Positions 1-8,900 of a DNA stretch of 64,000 bases are shown here, one piece after another. How positions within the stretch are numbered: position 1 is the stretch's first letter; the number at the start of each line of letters is the position of its first letter. The notes under the pieces are model-generated. The model was given only the letters and a program-made list of their open reading frames with translations, did no database searches and was not told the origin of the DNA. This stretch comes from an uncultured Pseudomonadota bacterium. GTDB lineage: Bacteria > Pseudomonadota > Alphaproteobacteria > RF32 > CAG-239. The translations under genes and the position numbers were made by a program. The stretch lies in contig CASFRM010000013.1 of the NCBI GenBank assembly GCA_949297185.1, forward strand, positions 774 through 64,773, read 5' to 3'.

Positions 1-268
1 GCTCATCAAGCTCTATAACCGTCATTTTTTGAGGACAAGCACTTAAAATTGAACGTGTCAGACCTCCGGGGCCCGGACCTACTTCAAAAGCATGTGCTTG
101 CGAGAAATCTTTTAGGCCTTGTTGCTTTAGGGATAAAGATATTATTTTATCGGTAATATTAGGGTTAAGCAAAAAGTTTTGCCCCAGAGATTTTTTTGCT
201 AAAAGACCATAACTTTCAACCGTGGTACGTAATGAAGGTAATGCCGAAAGTGCTGTTTTTATATCCAT
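1..268 (-). CDS. rsmA: 16S rRNA (adenine1518/1519-N6)-dimethyltransferase RsmA/KsgA, N-terminal part; gene runs off the window edge
   Basis: Minus-strand translation from the ATG at 268 gives MDIKTALSALPSLRTTVESYGLLAKKSLGQNFLLNPNITDKII, the KsgA N-terminus with the GQNFL motif. Its position downstream of surA matches the classical lptD-surA-(pdxA)-ksgA order. Confidence 0.8.
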   Translation of the reverse strand, partial: MDIKTALSALPSLRTTVESYGLLAKKSLGQNFLLNPNITDKIISLSLKQQGLKDFSQAHAFEVGPGPGGLTRSILSACPQKMTVIELDE

Positions 269-283
269 ATCCCGCGCCTTAAA

Positions 284-1183
284 TTATTTCTTTATTTCTA
301 TAATGGCGGTTTGCTTGATATCTTGTAACTGTTTCTTGGATATTGCTTCCATTTTTTGGTTTTCAAGCAAGGTTTTTATTTCTTTTTGGTCTGGTGTAAA
401 ATTGGGGTTTTGTTTGGGGTCAAAAACTTGTTGCAGTTTTACTATATAATAACCGTTACCAATCAAAATGGCATCACTTATTTCACCTGGTTTCATTTTT
501 GATAAACGCATCTCAAGAGACGAAAGCATTTTGCCTGAGTTTATCCAGCCTAAATTGCCTCCGTTTGCGGCTGACGGAGCTTCGGAAAAATGAGCTGCGT
601 ATAATTCAAAGCGAGGATCTTCACGCAATTTGGCCACCAAACCTTCAATATCTTTGGCATTTTCTTTTTTGATAAATATTTCCGAAACCAGATATTTTTT
701 TATACTCATGTCTTGGGTTACTTCTTTGATGGTTTCATCAATTTCTTTTTGTGTCAGGCCTGAGGTTTGATAAAATTGACGGCGTATTAGTTTGACCCAG
801 CCAATTTCAGTGCGAATATTTTCACTAAGCGCTTTTTTATTTATTTTTTTATCTAGTGATGAAATGTTGAGTTTGTTTTTTTGAGCCCATACTTTGAGTT
901 GATTGTTTACTTCTTCGTCGCTTACGGAAATACCTGCTTTGGCGATGGCTTGTGATTTGATTTTTTGCTCAATGGTTTGCGCCAAAACTCTGTCGTTTAT
1001 CATGTCTTTGGTTTGTTCATTGTAAGGAATCGGCGAATTGAGCATAAATATTGCTCGTTGATCTGATAAATCTTCGTTGGATATTATATCGCCGTTGACA
1101 AGTGCCGCTATTTTGAAGGCAGCAGCATTTGCCGTCGAAATGCAAGCAAAAACTAATAAAATCGGTAAAAGTCTTTTTAACAT
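284..1183 (-). CDS. surA: Periplasmic chaperone/peptidyl-prolyl isomerase SurA-like (short form with one parvulin domain)
   Basis: 299 aa with an N-terminal signal peptide and a C-terminal parvulin PPIase domain (GEISDAILIGNGYYIVKL). Located between lptD and ksgA. Confidence 0.75.
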   Translation of the reverse strand: MLKRLLPILLVFACISTANAAAFKIAALVNGDIISNEDLSDQRAIFMLNSPIPYNEQTKDMINDRVLAQTIEQKIKSQAIAKAGISVSDEEVNNQLKVWAQKNKLNISSLDKKINKKALSENIRTEIGWVKLIRRQFYQTSGLTQKEIDETIKEVTQDMSIKKYLVSEIFIKKENAKDIEGLVAKLREDPRFELYAAHFSEAPSAANGGNLGWINSGKMLSSLEMRLSKMKPGEISDAILIGNGYYIVKLQQVFDPKQNPNFTPDQKEIKTLLENQKMEAISKKQLQDIKQTAIIEIKK

Positions 1184-1201
1184 TTTGTTGCTCCTTGTGT
1201 G

Positions 1202-3457
1202 TTAATTTGTGCCTACGCCGCCGAGGGTTTTGAGGTAGAATGACAGGTATAAGTTAAAGTCATTTTCACTGTCGGGGTCGTCTGAATATTCTTTTTCAAT
1301 ATGGAATGCTACTCTTGAGCATTCGTCTTCATATGCAAAACCGCCGCCGTTTGATATGGTTTCGTTGTTGACCATATCTTGTCTGGTGAATACATCAACA
1401 GACCAGTTGCGGGTTACCTTTGAACTGAGCGAAAGGTATATTTCTTCGCGGCGGCTGTCAAAATAGTCGGGGTAAAGTTCTTTTAACTCTTCGTAGTAGT
1501 CTTGTTCCGGAAATAAAATATAGGAGACATATAATCTTAGCATATCGGTGCCTAAAGAGGAACTTAACTCACTGTAGTTAATACCAAAGTCTTCTTTATC
1601 TATCTTGAAGCGGTAGTTGATATCAAAATATTCGTTGGGAGCGGCATACATACGGCCTACATAATCTGAGAAATGACTGTTTTCATCCGAGGTGTTAAAC
1701 AGATCGTTATCTTTATCAAATTCGTATGTTTGTGCCAATAATAGGGAAGAACGCCCCCATTTTTTGCCATAAAAGCTCCAGTTCAAACCATAGCTTACTC
1801 GGCTGCCGGTATCATTTCTGTCATAGCCGGAATAACGATCAAGATCAAAGATGTTGACATCGGTTATTTCGACATCTCGGCTATCGGTATTGGGTATTTT
1901 TTCAGGATTATTGTCGTTGTTTGGTGATACGGCAGCAACTATTATCGGCTCAAGTATTTGTGATGTTGTTTGTGTGTTTTTTACAAATGGTAGGCGCCAT
2001 TCCAATCCCAATTGCGGGAAAATCCGTCCTGTCGCTCCGCTAAATTCTTCGCCTTCGTCATTTAGGTATTTATTAATGTAATAGAGGTCTGATTTTACCG
2101 ATGCAACCAAACGATATTTTTCTCCGTAGGGACTGGTGTATGGTAAATTCCATGAATTTATCATAGTAACTCTTTGCGAAGAGGTATCCTCATCATCATG
2201 GTATACCGAGGCCGTATTAAATGTATTTTTAAAGTAGGCTCCGTACTTATCGGGAGACGATATATTTTCATAGCTCATCAGCGGAATGACATATGGGGTG
2301 TCCCTGTTTTGCAGATTATAGCTAAGCATGTCATAATAATAGCCTTCTATGGCCGCATAATTACGGTTATCAAAGGCTTGTAATCTTACTCTTGAAGTGA
2401 GCCAAGAATCGTCTTTTTTTGGCAAAGATAGATCTTTGAGGTAGTTATGGTCGGAAGCATAGTTAATGTCGGTATCTGCGACCCAATAGTCATTTATTTC
2501 ATAACGTCCGTATAAGAATAAGTTGCCGCGATTTTTGTCGTCATCCTCATCGCGCAAAAAAGTGCCTGAAGCATTTAGTTCGCCGCGGTAAAAATATTTG
2601 TTGAGAATACCAGAATAAATTATACCTTTATCTGAAGATAGAATCGGGTTAAAGGTAAAGTTTTCATGTGGCGATATGTCCCAAAAATACTGTGGCTGTA
2701 TTGCTGCGCCAAGATAATTACTACTCTGAAGTCTTGGAAAAAGAAATCCTGAGCGATGTTTTACAGAGGGATCCGGATGCGAAAAATAAGGCGAATAAAG
2801 AACCGGAACTCCTTTTACTTCCAAAAATGCATTTTGGTACTCTATATTCTGGTCTTTGGGATCGTGTATTACTTTATCGGCCTTAAGTTGCCAAAGCGGT
2901 GATTCCCCTCTACAATTGTCACAAGGAGTATAGATAGCTTGTCTTAGGACTTTTTTATCATTAACTTTTTTGTGAAAAGAGTTTGCGGCCATGCGGGTTT
3001 TATCGGATAATACTACTTTGATGTTTGCAACATCGGCATTTTGCATGCGTTCACTTAGGTCTATCTTGTCAGCAAACATCACATTGCCGGTGTCGTCAAG
3101 AAGCACCACATTACCCTCGGCATTGATTTTATCTTTTTTTTGATCGTAAACGACTTTATCGGCACGGAGCGTGATGTTTTCTCTTATGATTTCAACCGCT
3201 CCTTTAGCGGTGATAATGCCGTTTTCGGCATCGTTTTCCATCTCGTCGGCGCTAAAATAAATGTCGGTTGGTTCTTCTGACTGGGGCTTGATTATGTCGG
3301 TCATGTTATGCTTGGGGTCAACATGACTGTTGGGTTTGGGTCTGGTCGCTTCAATGGTCTTTTTGGTGTTTAACAGTATTAGGCTATCGTCTGATGCCAA
3401 AGATGCAAGCGGCAGTAAACATATTCCGGATAATAGGAGCAAAGTGCGTTTAGTCAT
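1202..3457 (-). CDS. lptD: LPS-assembly outer-membrane protein LptD
   Basis: 751 aa with a signal peptide and a large beta-rich, Tyr/Asn-rich OMP. Synteny lptG-lptD-surA-ksgA. Its start overlaps the upstream lptG stop by 8 bp. Confidence 0.85.
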   Translation of the reverse strand: MTKRTLLLLSGICLLPLASLASDDSLILLNTKKTIEATRPKPNSHVDPKHNMTDIIKPQSEEPTDIYFSADEMENDAENGIITAKGAVEIIRENITLRADKVVYDQKKDKINAEGNVVLLDDTGNVMFADKIDLSERMQNADVANIKVVLSDKTRMAANSFHKKVNDKKVLRQAIYTPCDNCRGESPLWQLKADKVIHDPKDQNIEYQNAFLEVKGVPVLYSPYFSHPDPSVKHRSGFLFPRLQSSNYLGAAIQPQYFWDISPHENFTFNPILSSDKGIIYSGILNKYFYRGELNASGTFLRDEDDDKNRGNLFLYGRYEINDYWVADTDINYASDHNYLKDLSLPKKDDSWLTSRVRLQAFDNRNYAAIEGYYYDMLSYNLQNRDTPYVIPLMSYENISSPDKYGAYFKNTFNTASVYHDDEDTSSQRVTMINSWNLPYTSPYGEKYRLVASVKSDLYYINKYLNDEGEEFSGATGRIFPQLGLEWRLPFVKNTQTTSQILEPIIVAAVSPNNDNNPEKIPNTDSRDVEITDVNIFDLDRYSGYDRNDTGSRVSYGLNWSFYGKKWGRSSLLLAQTYEFDKDNDLFNTSDENSHFSDYVGRMYAAPNEYFDINYRFKIDKEDFGINYSELSSSLGTDMLRLYVSYILFPEQDYYEELKELYPDYFDSRREEIYLSLSSKVTRNWSVDVFTRQDMVNNETISNGGGFAYEDECSRVAFHIEKEYSDDPDSENDFNLYLSFYLKTLGGVGTN

Positions 3458-4586
3458 CTATAGCTCCTTTTATATAGGGATTTTTTTGCGGACGGCGGTG
3501 GTGTAAAATTTGCGGAAATACCAGAAGCATCAGACATGATATCAGAGGTAATATGATGTTGGCATACATCAAGATGAGCCACCACAAATTTTTGGCGGCT
3601 AAATTGCCGGAAGTTAGGTCAATGGCTTGAATCAAAATTACCGAGGCCAGCGCAACACAGACTACTTTGCCTTGACCGCGGCGGTTAAAGTTGCTTACCA
3701 AAAGTCCGGTGCAGGCTATAAGAGCATAAACTAAAGCCAATAGCGGAGTTGTTATTCTTTTGTTGCCCTCGACAAACATTTTGCGTTGTTCTTCGGCTGG
3801 GATTTTGGTGTCGTTTACTGCGGTAATAAGCTCTTTGAATGATTGTACCCTGACGCTGTTTTTGCGGCGAGCTTTAGTTTCCTTCAAGCCAAAGTCAACC
3901 GAATATTTTTCAAAATTAACCGAATAGAATGTGCCGCTTTTTTTATTTATCTCTTGGCGGTTGCCGTTTACCAACACTATGCGAGGCCCTTTGGAGGTTT
4001 GTATAATAACACCTTTTTCGGCGGTGGTTGTGGATTTTAGGTTGGGATTGCGTTCATCGTTTATTAAAATTCCGCCGACACTGCCGTCTTTGTCATGTGA
4101 GGTAACAAAAACCGTAAGTTCCGGCTGGATGGTCGTGAATTCTCCTTCGCGGAACATAAGGTGTGAAACATTATTTTTTATTTTCCATTCCAGATCGTTA
4201 AATGCGTTTTCGGCCTTAGGTATGCCAATGTTCATTACATAGATGTTTATGAATACCATTAAAAATCCGCAAAAAATTGCCGGTTTGGAAAGTTGCCATG
4301 GACTGATGCCTGATGATTTCATTACTATCAATTCTTGGTCAGATAACATTCTGTTATATACAAACAAAACTGCCGCAAAAAGAGATATGGGGGCAAGGAT
4401 GGTAAAAATGCGGGGCATCAATAGGGTGGTGAGCTCGACAAATATGCCGATGGTTATGCCTTTGGAGGCAATCATGTCCAAAAATCTTAAGGATTGCGAG
4501 AGCCATATAATCGACATCAAAGAAAAGCTTATCAGCAAAAAGCCGATAAGTATCTGCTTGGTTATGTATGTATTTAGTCTTTTCAT
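3450..4586 (-). CDS. lptG: LPS export ABC permease, YjgP/YjgQ family (LptG or LptF)
   Basis: 378 aa with six predicted TM segments and a periplasmic beta-jellyroll insert, typical of LptF/LptG. Immediately upstream of and overlapping lptD. Confidence 0.75.
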   Translation of the reverse strand: MKRLNTYITKQILIGFLLISFSLMSIIWLSQSLRFLDMIASKGITIGIFVELTTLLMPRIFTILAPISLFAAVLFVYNRMLSDQELIVMKSSGISPWQLSKPAIFCGFLMVFINIYVMNIGIPKAENAFNDLEWKIKNNVSHLMFREGEFTTIQPELTVFVTSHDKDGSVGGILINDERNPNLKSTTTAEKGVIIQTSKGPRIVLVNGNRQEINKKSGTFYSVNFEKYSVDFGLKETKARRKNSVRVQSFKELITAVNDTKIPAEEQRKMFVEGNKRITTPLLALVYALIACTGLLVSNFNRRGQGKVVCVALASVILIQAIDLTSGNLAAKNLWWLILMYANIILPLISCLMLLVFPQILHHRRPQKNPYIKGAIDD

Positions 4587-4753
4587 AGTTGCCGATTATA
4601 ACCGTTATATTTTATATTTAAACTGCTTTATGCAAGATGGTCGATTTTTTGTGAATTGTCAAAATGTTTTTATTAACTAAAATTGTACTTGAAGTTGATT
4701 TTTTTTGCCTTTATGATTCTTGACAGTTACTTAATCTTTTCAAGGAGACGCAG

Positions 4754-5227
4754 ATGGTTGAAACTTCACAAGCCGCGCAAATTGCCAATAAATGGCGAAA
4801 AAAGCGCGGCTCTTTGATTATGGCTTTGCACGAAATCCAAGATGTTAAGGGGTATGTGGACTGGCAAGATGCCGTTGATGTATCTTTGTGTATGGGAATA
4901 CCTTTGGCCAGAATCTATGAGGTTTTAACTTTTTATAATTTCTTTAAGTTGGAGGCTCCGGGAAAAGCAGTTATTTCGGTTTGTACGGGAACGGCTTGCT
5001 ATTTGAAAGGTAATGATAAAGTACTGGAGAAGTTTAAGGCCGAGTTGGGTATTAACGAGGGTGAAAGTACTCCTGATAGAATGTTCCACCTGCAAAGCGT
5101 GCGTTGCGTTGGGTGCTGCGGTTTGGCTCCGGTGTGCGTAGTTAACGGTAAAACCTACGGAAGAATGACACCTGATATGGTACCGCAGATTTTGGAAGAA
5201 TGGCGTCAAGCTTTTAAGGAGAACTAA
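4754..5227 (+). CDS. hydC: NuoE-like (24 kDa) thioredoxin-fold [2Fe-2S] subunit of the [FeFe]-hydrogenase complex (HydC/HndA-like)
   Basis: 157 aa with the Cys pattern CTGTAC...CVGCCGLAPVCVV typical of NuoE/HoxE/HndA. RBS AAGGAGA upstream. Its stop is 1 nt before the next start. Confidence 0.8.
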   Translation: MVETSQAAQIANKWRKKRGSLIMALHEIQDVKGYVDWQDAVDVSLCMGIPLARIYEVLTFYNFFKLEAPGKAVISVCTGTACYLKGNDKVLEKFKAELGINEGESTPDRMFHLQSVRCVGCCGLAPVCVVNGKTYGRMTPDMVPQILEEWRQAFKEN

Positions 5228-5228
5228 C

Positions 5229-6914
5229 ATGGCCGATATGGATTTAGATAAAAGATTTGATATTCACGAAATGGCTAAAAATAAACAAGCCGAAATCGAT
5301 AGATTTGTTTGCTCGATTTATTGTTGCCATTCTACCGGTTGTAAGTCTTCCGGAAGTGATGATTTGATTGATTTGATGAAAAATTTTATTGCCGAAAAAG
5401 AGGCCGAAGACAAGATTAGAATCGTGGCTACGGGGTGCATGGGATTGTGTGCTCAGGGGCCTTTAATCAGAGTGGAGATTAAGGGTAAAAAAGATGTCTT
5501 ATTCAAAAGATTGGATAAAGAATCCGTTGCCGAGATTATGAATGATTATGTTTGGCCGGCAATAAATACTCAGGGCGATTTTTTAGTTCCGGAAAAGTTG
5601 CAAGAGCACATTTTGTCTCTTGATTTGCCGTTCTTTACCAGACAAGAGAAAGTGGTGTTGCAAAATACCGGACATATGGATCCCGAAGATATTCAAGAAT
5701 ATATTGCCCGCGGTGGTTATTTGGCCTTGGAAAAAGCCTTGAAAACCATGACACCGGAACAAGTGGTGGCCGAAATTAAAAAGTCGGGCTTGAGAGGTCG
5801 CGGCGGCGGTGGATTTTCTACCGGTATGAAATGGGAATTGGCCGCGAAGGTGCCGACGATTGATGAGAAATTTATTATTTGTAACGGCGACGAAGGCGAC
5901 CCCGGAGCTTATATGGATAGGTCGATTTTGGAAGGGGATCCTCATGCCGTAATCGAAGGTATGATGATTGCGGCTTATGCAATCGGGGCAACAGAGGGAT
6001 GGTTTTATGTCAGAGCAGAATATCCCTTGGCCGTGGAGAGATTGGAAAAAGCCATTAAAGCATGCAAAAAGAATCGATTGCTCGGTAATAATATTATGGG
6101 AACGGACTTCTGCTTTAATGTTGATATTCGTCTTGGAGCAGGTGCTTTCGTTTGCGGTGAGGAAACCGCTTTGATTCACTCAATTGAAGGAGCCAGAGGT
6201 ACGCCGCGTCCGCGTCCGCCATATCCTACCAACAAGGGATTGTGGGGCAAACCGTCTTGTGTTAACAATGTTGAGACTTTGGCCAATGTGGCAAAGATTT
6301 TGCTCAAAGGTGCCGATTGGTTTGCTTCGTTTGGTACCGAAACTTCTAAGGGTACAAAAGTATTTGCTTTGACCGGTCAGGTCGAACATTCCGGCTTGAT
6401 TGAAGTACCGATGGGAACTACCATTAATGAGATTGTTAATGAAATCGGCGGTGGTGTTCCAAACGGCAAAAAGCTTAAGGCCGTGCAGACCGGAGGACCT
6501 TCGGGCGGTGTTATTCCTAAGGAATATATGGATATGCCGGTGTGCTATGAAGAACTAAAAAAAGTAGGTTCTATCATGGGGTCGGGCGGCATGATTGTTA
6601 TGGATGATACATCTGATATGGTATCAATCGCCAAGTTTTATCTTGATTTTACGGTCGATGAATCTTGCGGAAAATGCGCTCCGTGCAGAATCGGCGGTAA
6701 GCAAATGTTGAGCTTGCTTGATAAAATTAATAAAGGAAAAGGAACCAAAAAGGATTTGGCACAGTTGAGAAAAATCGCTTCGGCAATGCAAAAAGCTTCT
6801 TTGTGCGGTTTGGGTCAGACGGCTCCGAATCCGGTATTGTCGACGCTCAAATTTTATGAAGATGAGTATCAAAGCAAGTTGGTGGATAACAAAAAGGCTG
6901 CAGGGGAGAACTAA
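5229..6914 (+). CDS. hydB: NuoF-like (51 kDa) NADH/FMN-binding subunit with an N-terminal [2Fe-2S] thioredoxin-like domain (HydB/HndC-like)
   Basis: 561 aa. The N-terminal domain carries Cys pairs (CCHSTGC...TGCMGLC). It has the NADH motif GRGGGGFSTGMKWE and the N3 [4Fe-4S] motif ESCGKCAPCRIGG. TAATG overlap with hydA. Confidence 0.85.
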   Translation: MADMDLDKRFDIHEMAKNKQAEIDRFVCSIYCCHSTGCKSSGSDDLIDLMKNFIAEKEAEDKIRIVATGCMGLCAQGPLIRVEIKGKKDVLFKRLDKESVAEIMNDYVWPAINTQGDFLVPEKLQEHILSLDLPFFTRQEKVVLQNTGHMDPEDIQEYIARGGYLALEKALKTMTPEQVVAEIKKSGLRGRGGGGFSTGMKWELAAKVPTIDEKFIICNGDEGDPGAYMDRSILEGDPHAVIEGMMIAAYAIGATEGWFYVRAEYPLAVERLEKAIKACKKNRLLGNNIMGTDFCFNVDIRLGAGAFVCGEETALIHSIEGARGTPRPRPPYPTNKGLWGKPSCVNNVETLANVAKILLKGADWFASFGTETSKGTKVFALTGQVEHSGLIEVPMGTTINEIVNEIGGGVPNGKKLKAVQTGGPSGGVIPKEYMDMPVCYEELKKVGSIMGSGGMIVMDDTSDMVSIAKFYLDFTVDESCGKCAPCRIGGKQMLSLLDKINKGKGTKKDLAQLRKIASAMQKASLCGLGQTAPNPVLSTLKFYEDEYQSKLVDNKKAAGEN

Positions 6915-8680
6915 TGATGGTAAAGCTTAAAATTGATAATTTTGATGTAGAAGTCGAGAGCGGCACCAGTATCTTGGATGCAGCCAGAAAAGTACATATT
7001 GATATTCCGACTTTGTGTAAACACCCTGATGTGGATCCCTCTGCCGGATGCGGAATGTGTATCGTAAAAGTGGGCGGGAGAATATTGCGTTCTTGTTGTA
7101 CTCCGGTAGCAGAAGGTATGGAAGTTGTTACCAATGATGCCGAGTTGCAAGAAACGAGAAAAACCGTTTTGGAACTTATTTTGAGCAACCACCCGAATTA
7201 TTGCTTAAAATGCGCCAGAAGCGGTCAGTGCGAGCTACAAGATTTGGCTATGAGATTTGGTGTTGACCATGATGAAATCAGAAAAATTTTAGCGCCGACC
7301 GAAATAGACGAATCGACTCAAGCAATAGTTTTGGATCCGGCGAAATGTATTGTTTGCGGTCGCTGTGTAGATATTTGCCAAAATCAGCAAAATGTGTGGG
7401 CTTTGAGCTATCAAAACAGAGGTTTGGCAACCAAAATTACCGGTGCCAATGATGCAGATTTGGCAAATACTCCGTGTATTAAATGCGGTCAGTGTGCGGC
7501 GCATTGTCCGACCGGTGCTATAGTTGAATATGACGAAACGCAAAAAGTTTGGGATATGCTCAAAGATAAAGAATTGTTTACCGTAGTGCAAATTGCTCCG
7601 GCGGTCAGAGTGGCTTTGGGCGAAGAATTCGGTTATGATTTCGGTGAAAATTTGACCGGAAAAATCTATGCAGCTTTGCGGAGAATCGGATTTAATAAGG
7701 TTTTTGATACTAACTTCGGTGCAGACTTGACGATTATTGAAGAAGCAAGCGAATTTGTCAGAAGATTTAGTGAAAAAGATAATTTGCCGATGTTTACTTC
7801 TTGCTGTCCGGCATGGGTCGATTATGTGGAAAAATATTATCCGGAGAATATTTCTAACTTGTCGACCTGCAAATCACCGCATCAAATGGTCGGTGCAGTG
7901 GCAAAAACCTATTATGCTCAAAAAGCCGGTGTATCACCGGATAAAATGCGGGTAATTTCGATTATGCCTTGTACGGCAAAAAAATGGGAAGCACATCGTC
8001 ACGAAACCATGTCATCTTCAGGATATCAGGATGTTGATGTGGTGCTGACAACCAGAGAATTGGCCAAGATGATAAGACAAGCCGGCATTAATTTTAAGGG
8101 ATTGCCGGAAGAGGTGGCTGATAATCCATTGGGAGAGTATTCGGGTGCGGCAACCATTTTCGGAGTTACCGGCGGCGTGATGACGGCTGCTTTGCGTACG
8201 GCTTATTTCTATATCACGGGGCAAGAATTGGGAATGCTCAATTTTGCCGAGATTGACGGACTTGACGGTATAAAAGCGGCAGAGGTCGATATCAACGGAA
8301 CCAAGATTAGAATCGCGGTGGTGAATGGTGTCGGCAATGTCGAAGAAGTTATGAGCGCCATAAGAGAGGCTGCAACTAACGGTGAAGAATTGCCGTATCA
8401 TTTTGTTGAGGTTATGGCTTGTCGCGGTGGATGTATAGCCGGCGGCGGTCAGCCCAAAGTAATGATGCATGGTTTGCCCAAACCATGGGGTATTAATGAC
8501 GAAATTCGTAAGCTGCGTTCAAAGGGTTTGAATGATGAAGATGAAGAGGCTAAGAATCGTTTATCTCATCATAATAAATCGATTAAACAAGTTTATGATG
8601 AATTTTTGGGCAAGGCCGGTGAGGGTAAGGCACATGAGTTGTTGCACACCAAGTATCGGCAACGCGACTTATATAAGTAG
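6914..8680 (+). CDS. hydA: [FeFe]-hydrogenase catalytic subunit HydA (M3-type: 2Fe-2S ferredoxin domain, accessory FeS domains, H-cluster)
   Basis: 588 aa. All three H-cluster signatures are present: L1 FTSCCPAWV, L2 IMPCTAKKWE, L3 EVMACRGGCIAGGGQP. The N-terminus has a plant-type 2Fe-2S fold, a His-ligated cluster (HPNYCLKCARSGQC) and two CxxCxxCxxxCP ferredoxin motifs. Confidence 0.92.
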   Translation: MMVKLKIDNFDVEVESGTSILDAARKVHIDIPTLCKHPDVDPSAGCGMCIVKVGGRILRSCCTPVAEGMEVVTNDAELQETRKTVLELILSNHPNYCLKCARSGQCELQDLAMRFGVDHDEIRKILAPTEIDESTQAIVLDPAKCIVCGRCVDICQNQQNVWALSYQNRGLATKITGANDADLANTPCIKCGQCAAHCPTGAIVEYDETQKVWDMLKDKELFTVVQIAPAVRVALGEEFGYDFGENLTGKIYAALRRIGFNKVFDTNFGADLTIIEEASEFVRRFSEKDNLPMFTSCCPAWVDYVEKYYPENISNLSTCKSPHQMVGAVAKTYYAQKAGVSPDKMRVISIMPCTAKKWEAHRHETMSSSGYQDVDVVLTTRELAKMIRQAGINFKGLPEEVADNPLGEYSGAATIFGVTGGVMTAALRTAYFYITGQELGMLNFAEIDGLDGIKAAEVDINGTKIRIAVVNGVGNVEEVMSAIREAATNGEELPYHFVEVMACRGGCIAGGGQPKVMMHGLPKPWGINDEIRKLRSKGLNDEDEEAKNRLSHHNKSIKQVYDEFLGKAGEGKAHELLHTKYRQRDLYK

Positions 8681-8686
8681 TGAAAA

Positions 8687-8712
8687 AGCCGGATGAAAGT
8701 CCGGCTTTTTTG
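8687..8712 (+). terminator. Rho-independent terminator after hydA
   Basis: AGCCGGA-tgaaag-TCCGGCT hairpin followed by a T6 run, starting 7 nt after the hydA stop. Confidence 0.65.
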
Positions 8713-8744
8713 TGTTCTATAGTGCCACCTTTGGATTACAAACG

Positions 8745-8900
8745 TACTGTCACCCTCGGACTTGTTCCGAGGGTCTACCCTATATTGTCATCCTCGGATT
8801 TATTCCGAGGATCTCATGAGTATTGGCACATTGTTTTACTAGATTCTCGGGACAAGCCCGAGAATGACTAAAATGAAAAACATGCCCGAGAATGACATTA
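8745..8900. repeat. Cluster of short REP-like palindromic elements (TGTCA-YCCTCGGR-loop-YCCGAGGR and the inverted TTCTCGGG-loop-CCCGAGAA-TGACA form)
   Basis: Three full hairpins (8753-8773, 8791-8811, 8844-8864) and a partial copy (8884-8897) share a CCGAG / CTCGG core. They lie between convergent hydA and the flagellin-like gene. Confidence 0.6.

Noticed and set aside
4649-4662. FNR/CRP-like half-site pair TTGTGAATTGTCAA upstream of the hydrogenase operon
   Set aside because: Only 7 of 10 positions match the FNR consensus TTGAT-N4-ATCAA, and there is no clear -10 at the appropriate distance. It is too weak to call.
4720-4725. TTGACA hexamer 28 nt upstream of the hydC ATG as the -35 element
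   Set aside because: No acceptable -10 follows at 16-19 bp, because the AAGGAGA RBS occupies that space. The real promoter is probably further upstream.
5583-6179. 198-aa antisense ORF within hydB, and similar antisense ORFs in hydA, pnp, infB and ftsK
   Set aside because: They are fully contained in well-supported conserved genes on the opposite strand, so they are treated as shadow ORFs.
8691-8706. GAAAGTCCGG string resembling the RNase P RNA P4 consensus
   Set aside because: It is simply the loop and descending arm of the hydA terminator hairpin, with no surrounding rnpB-like structure.
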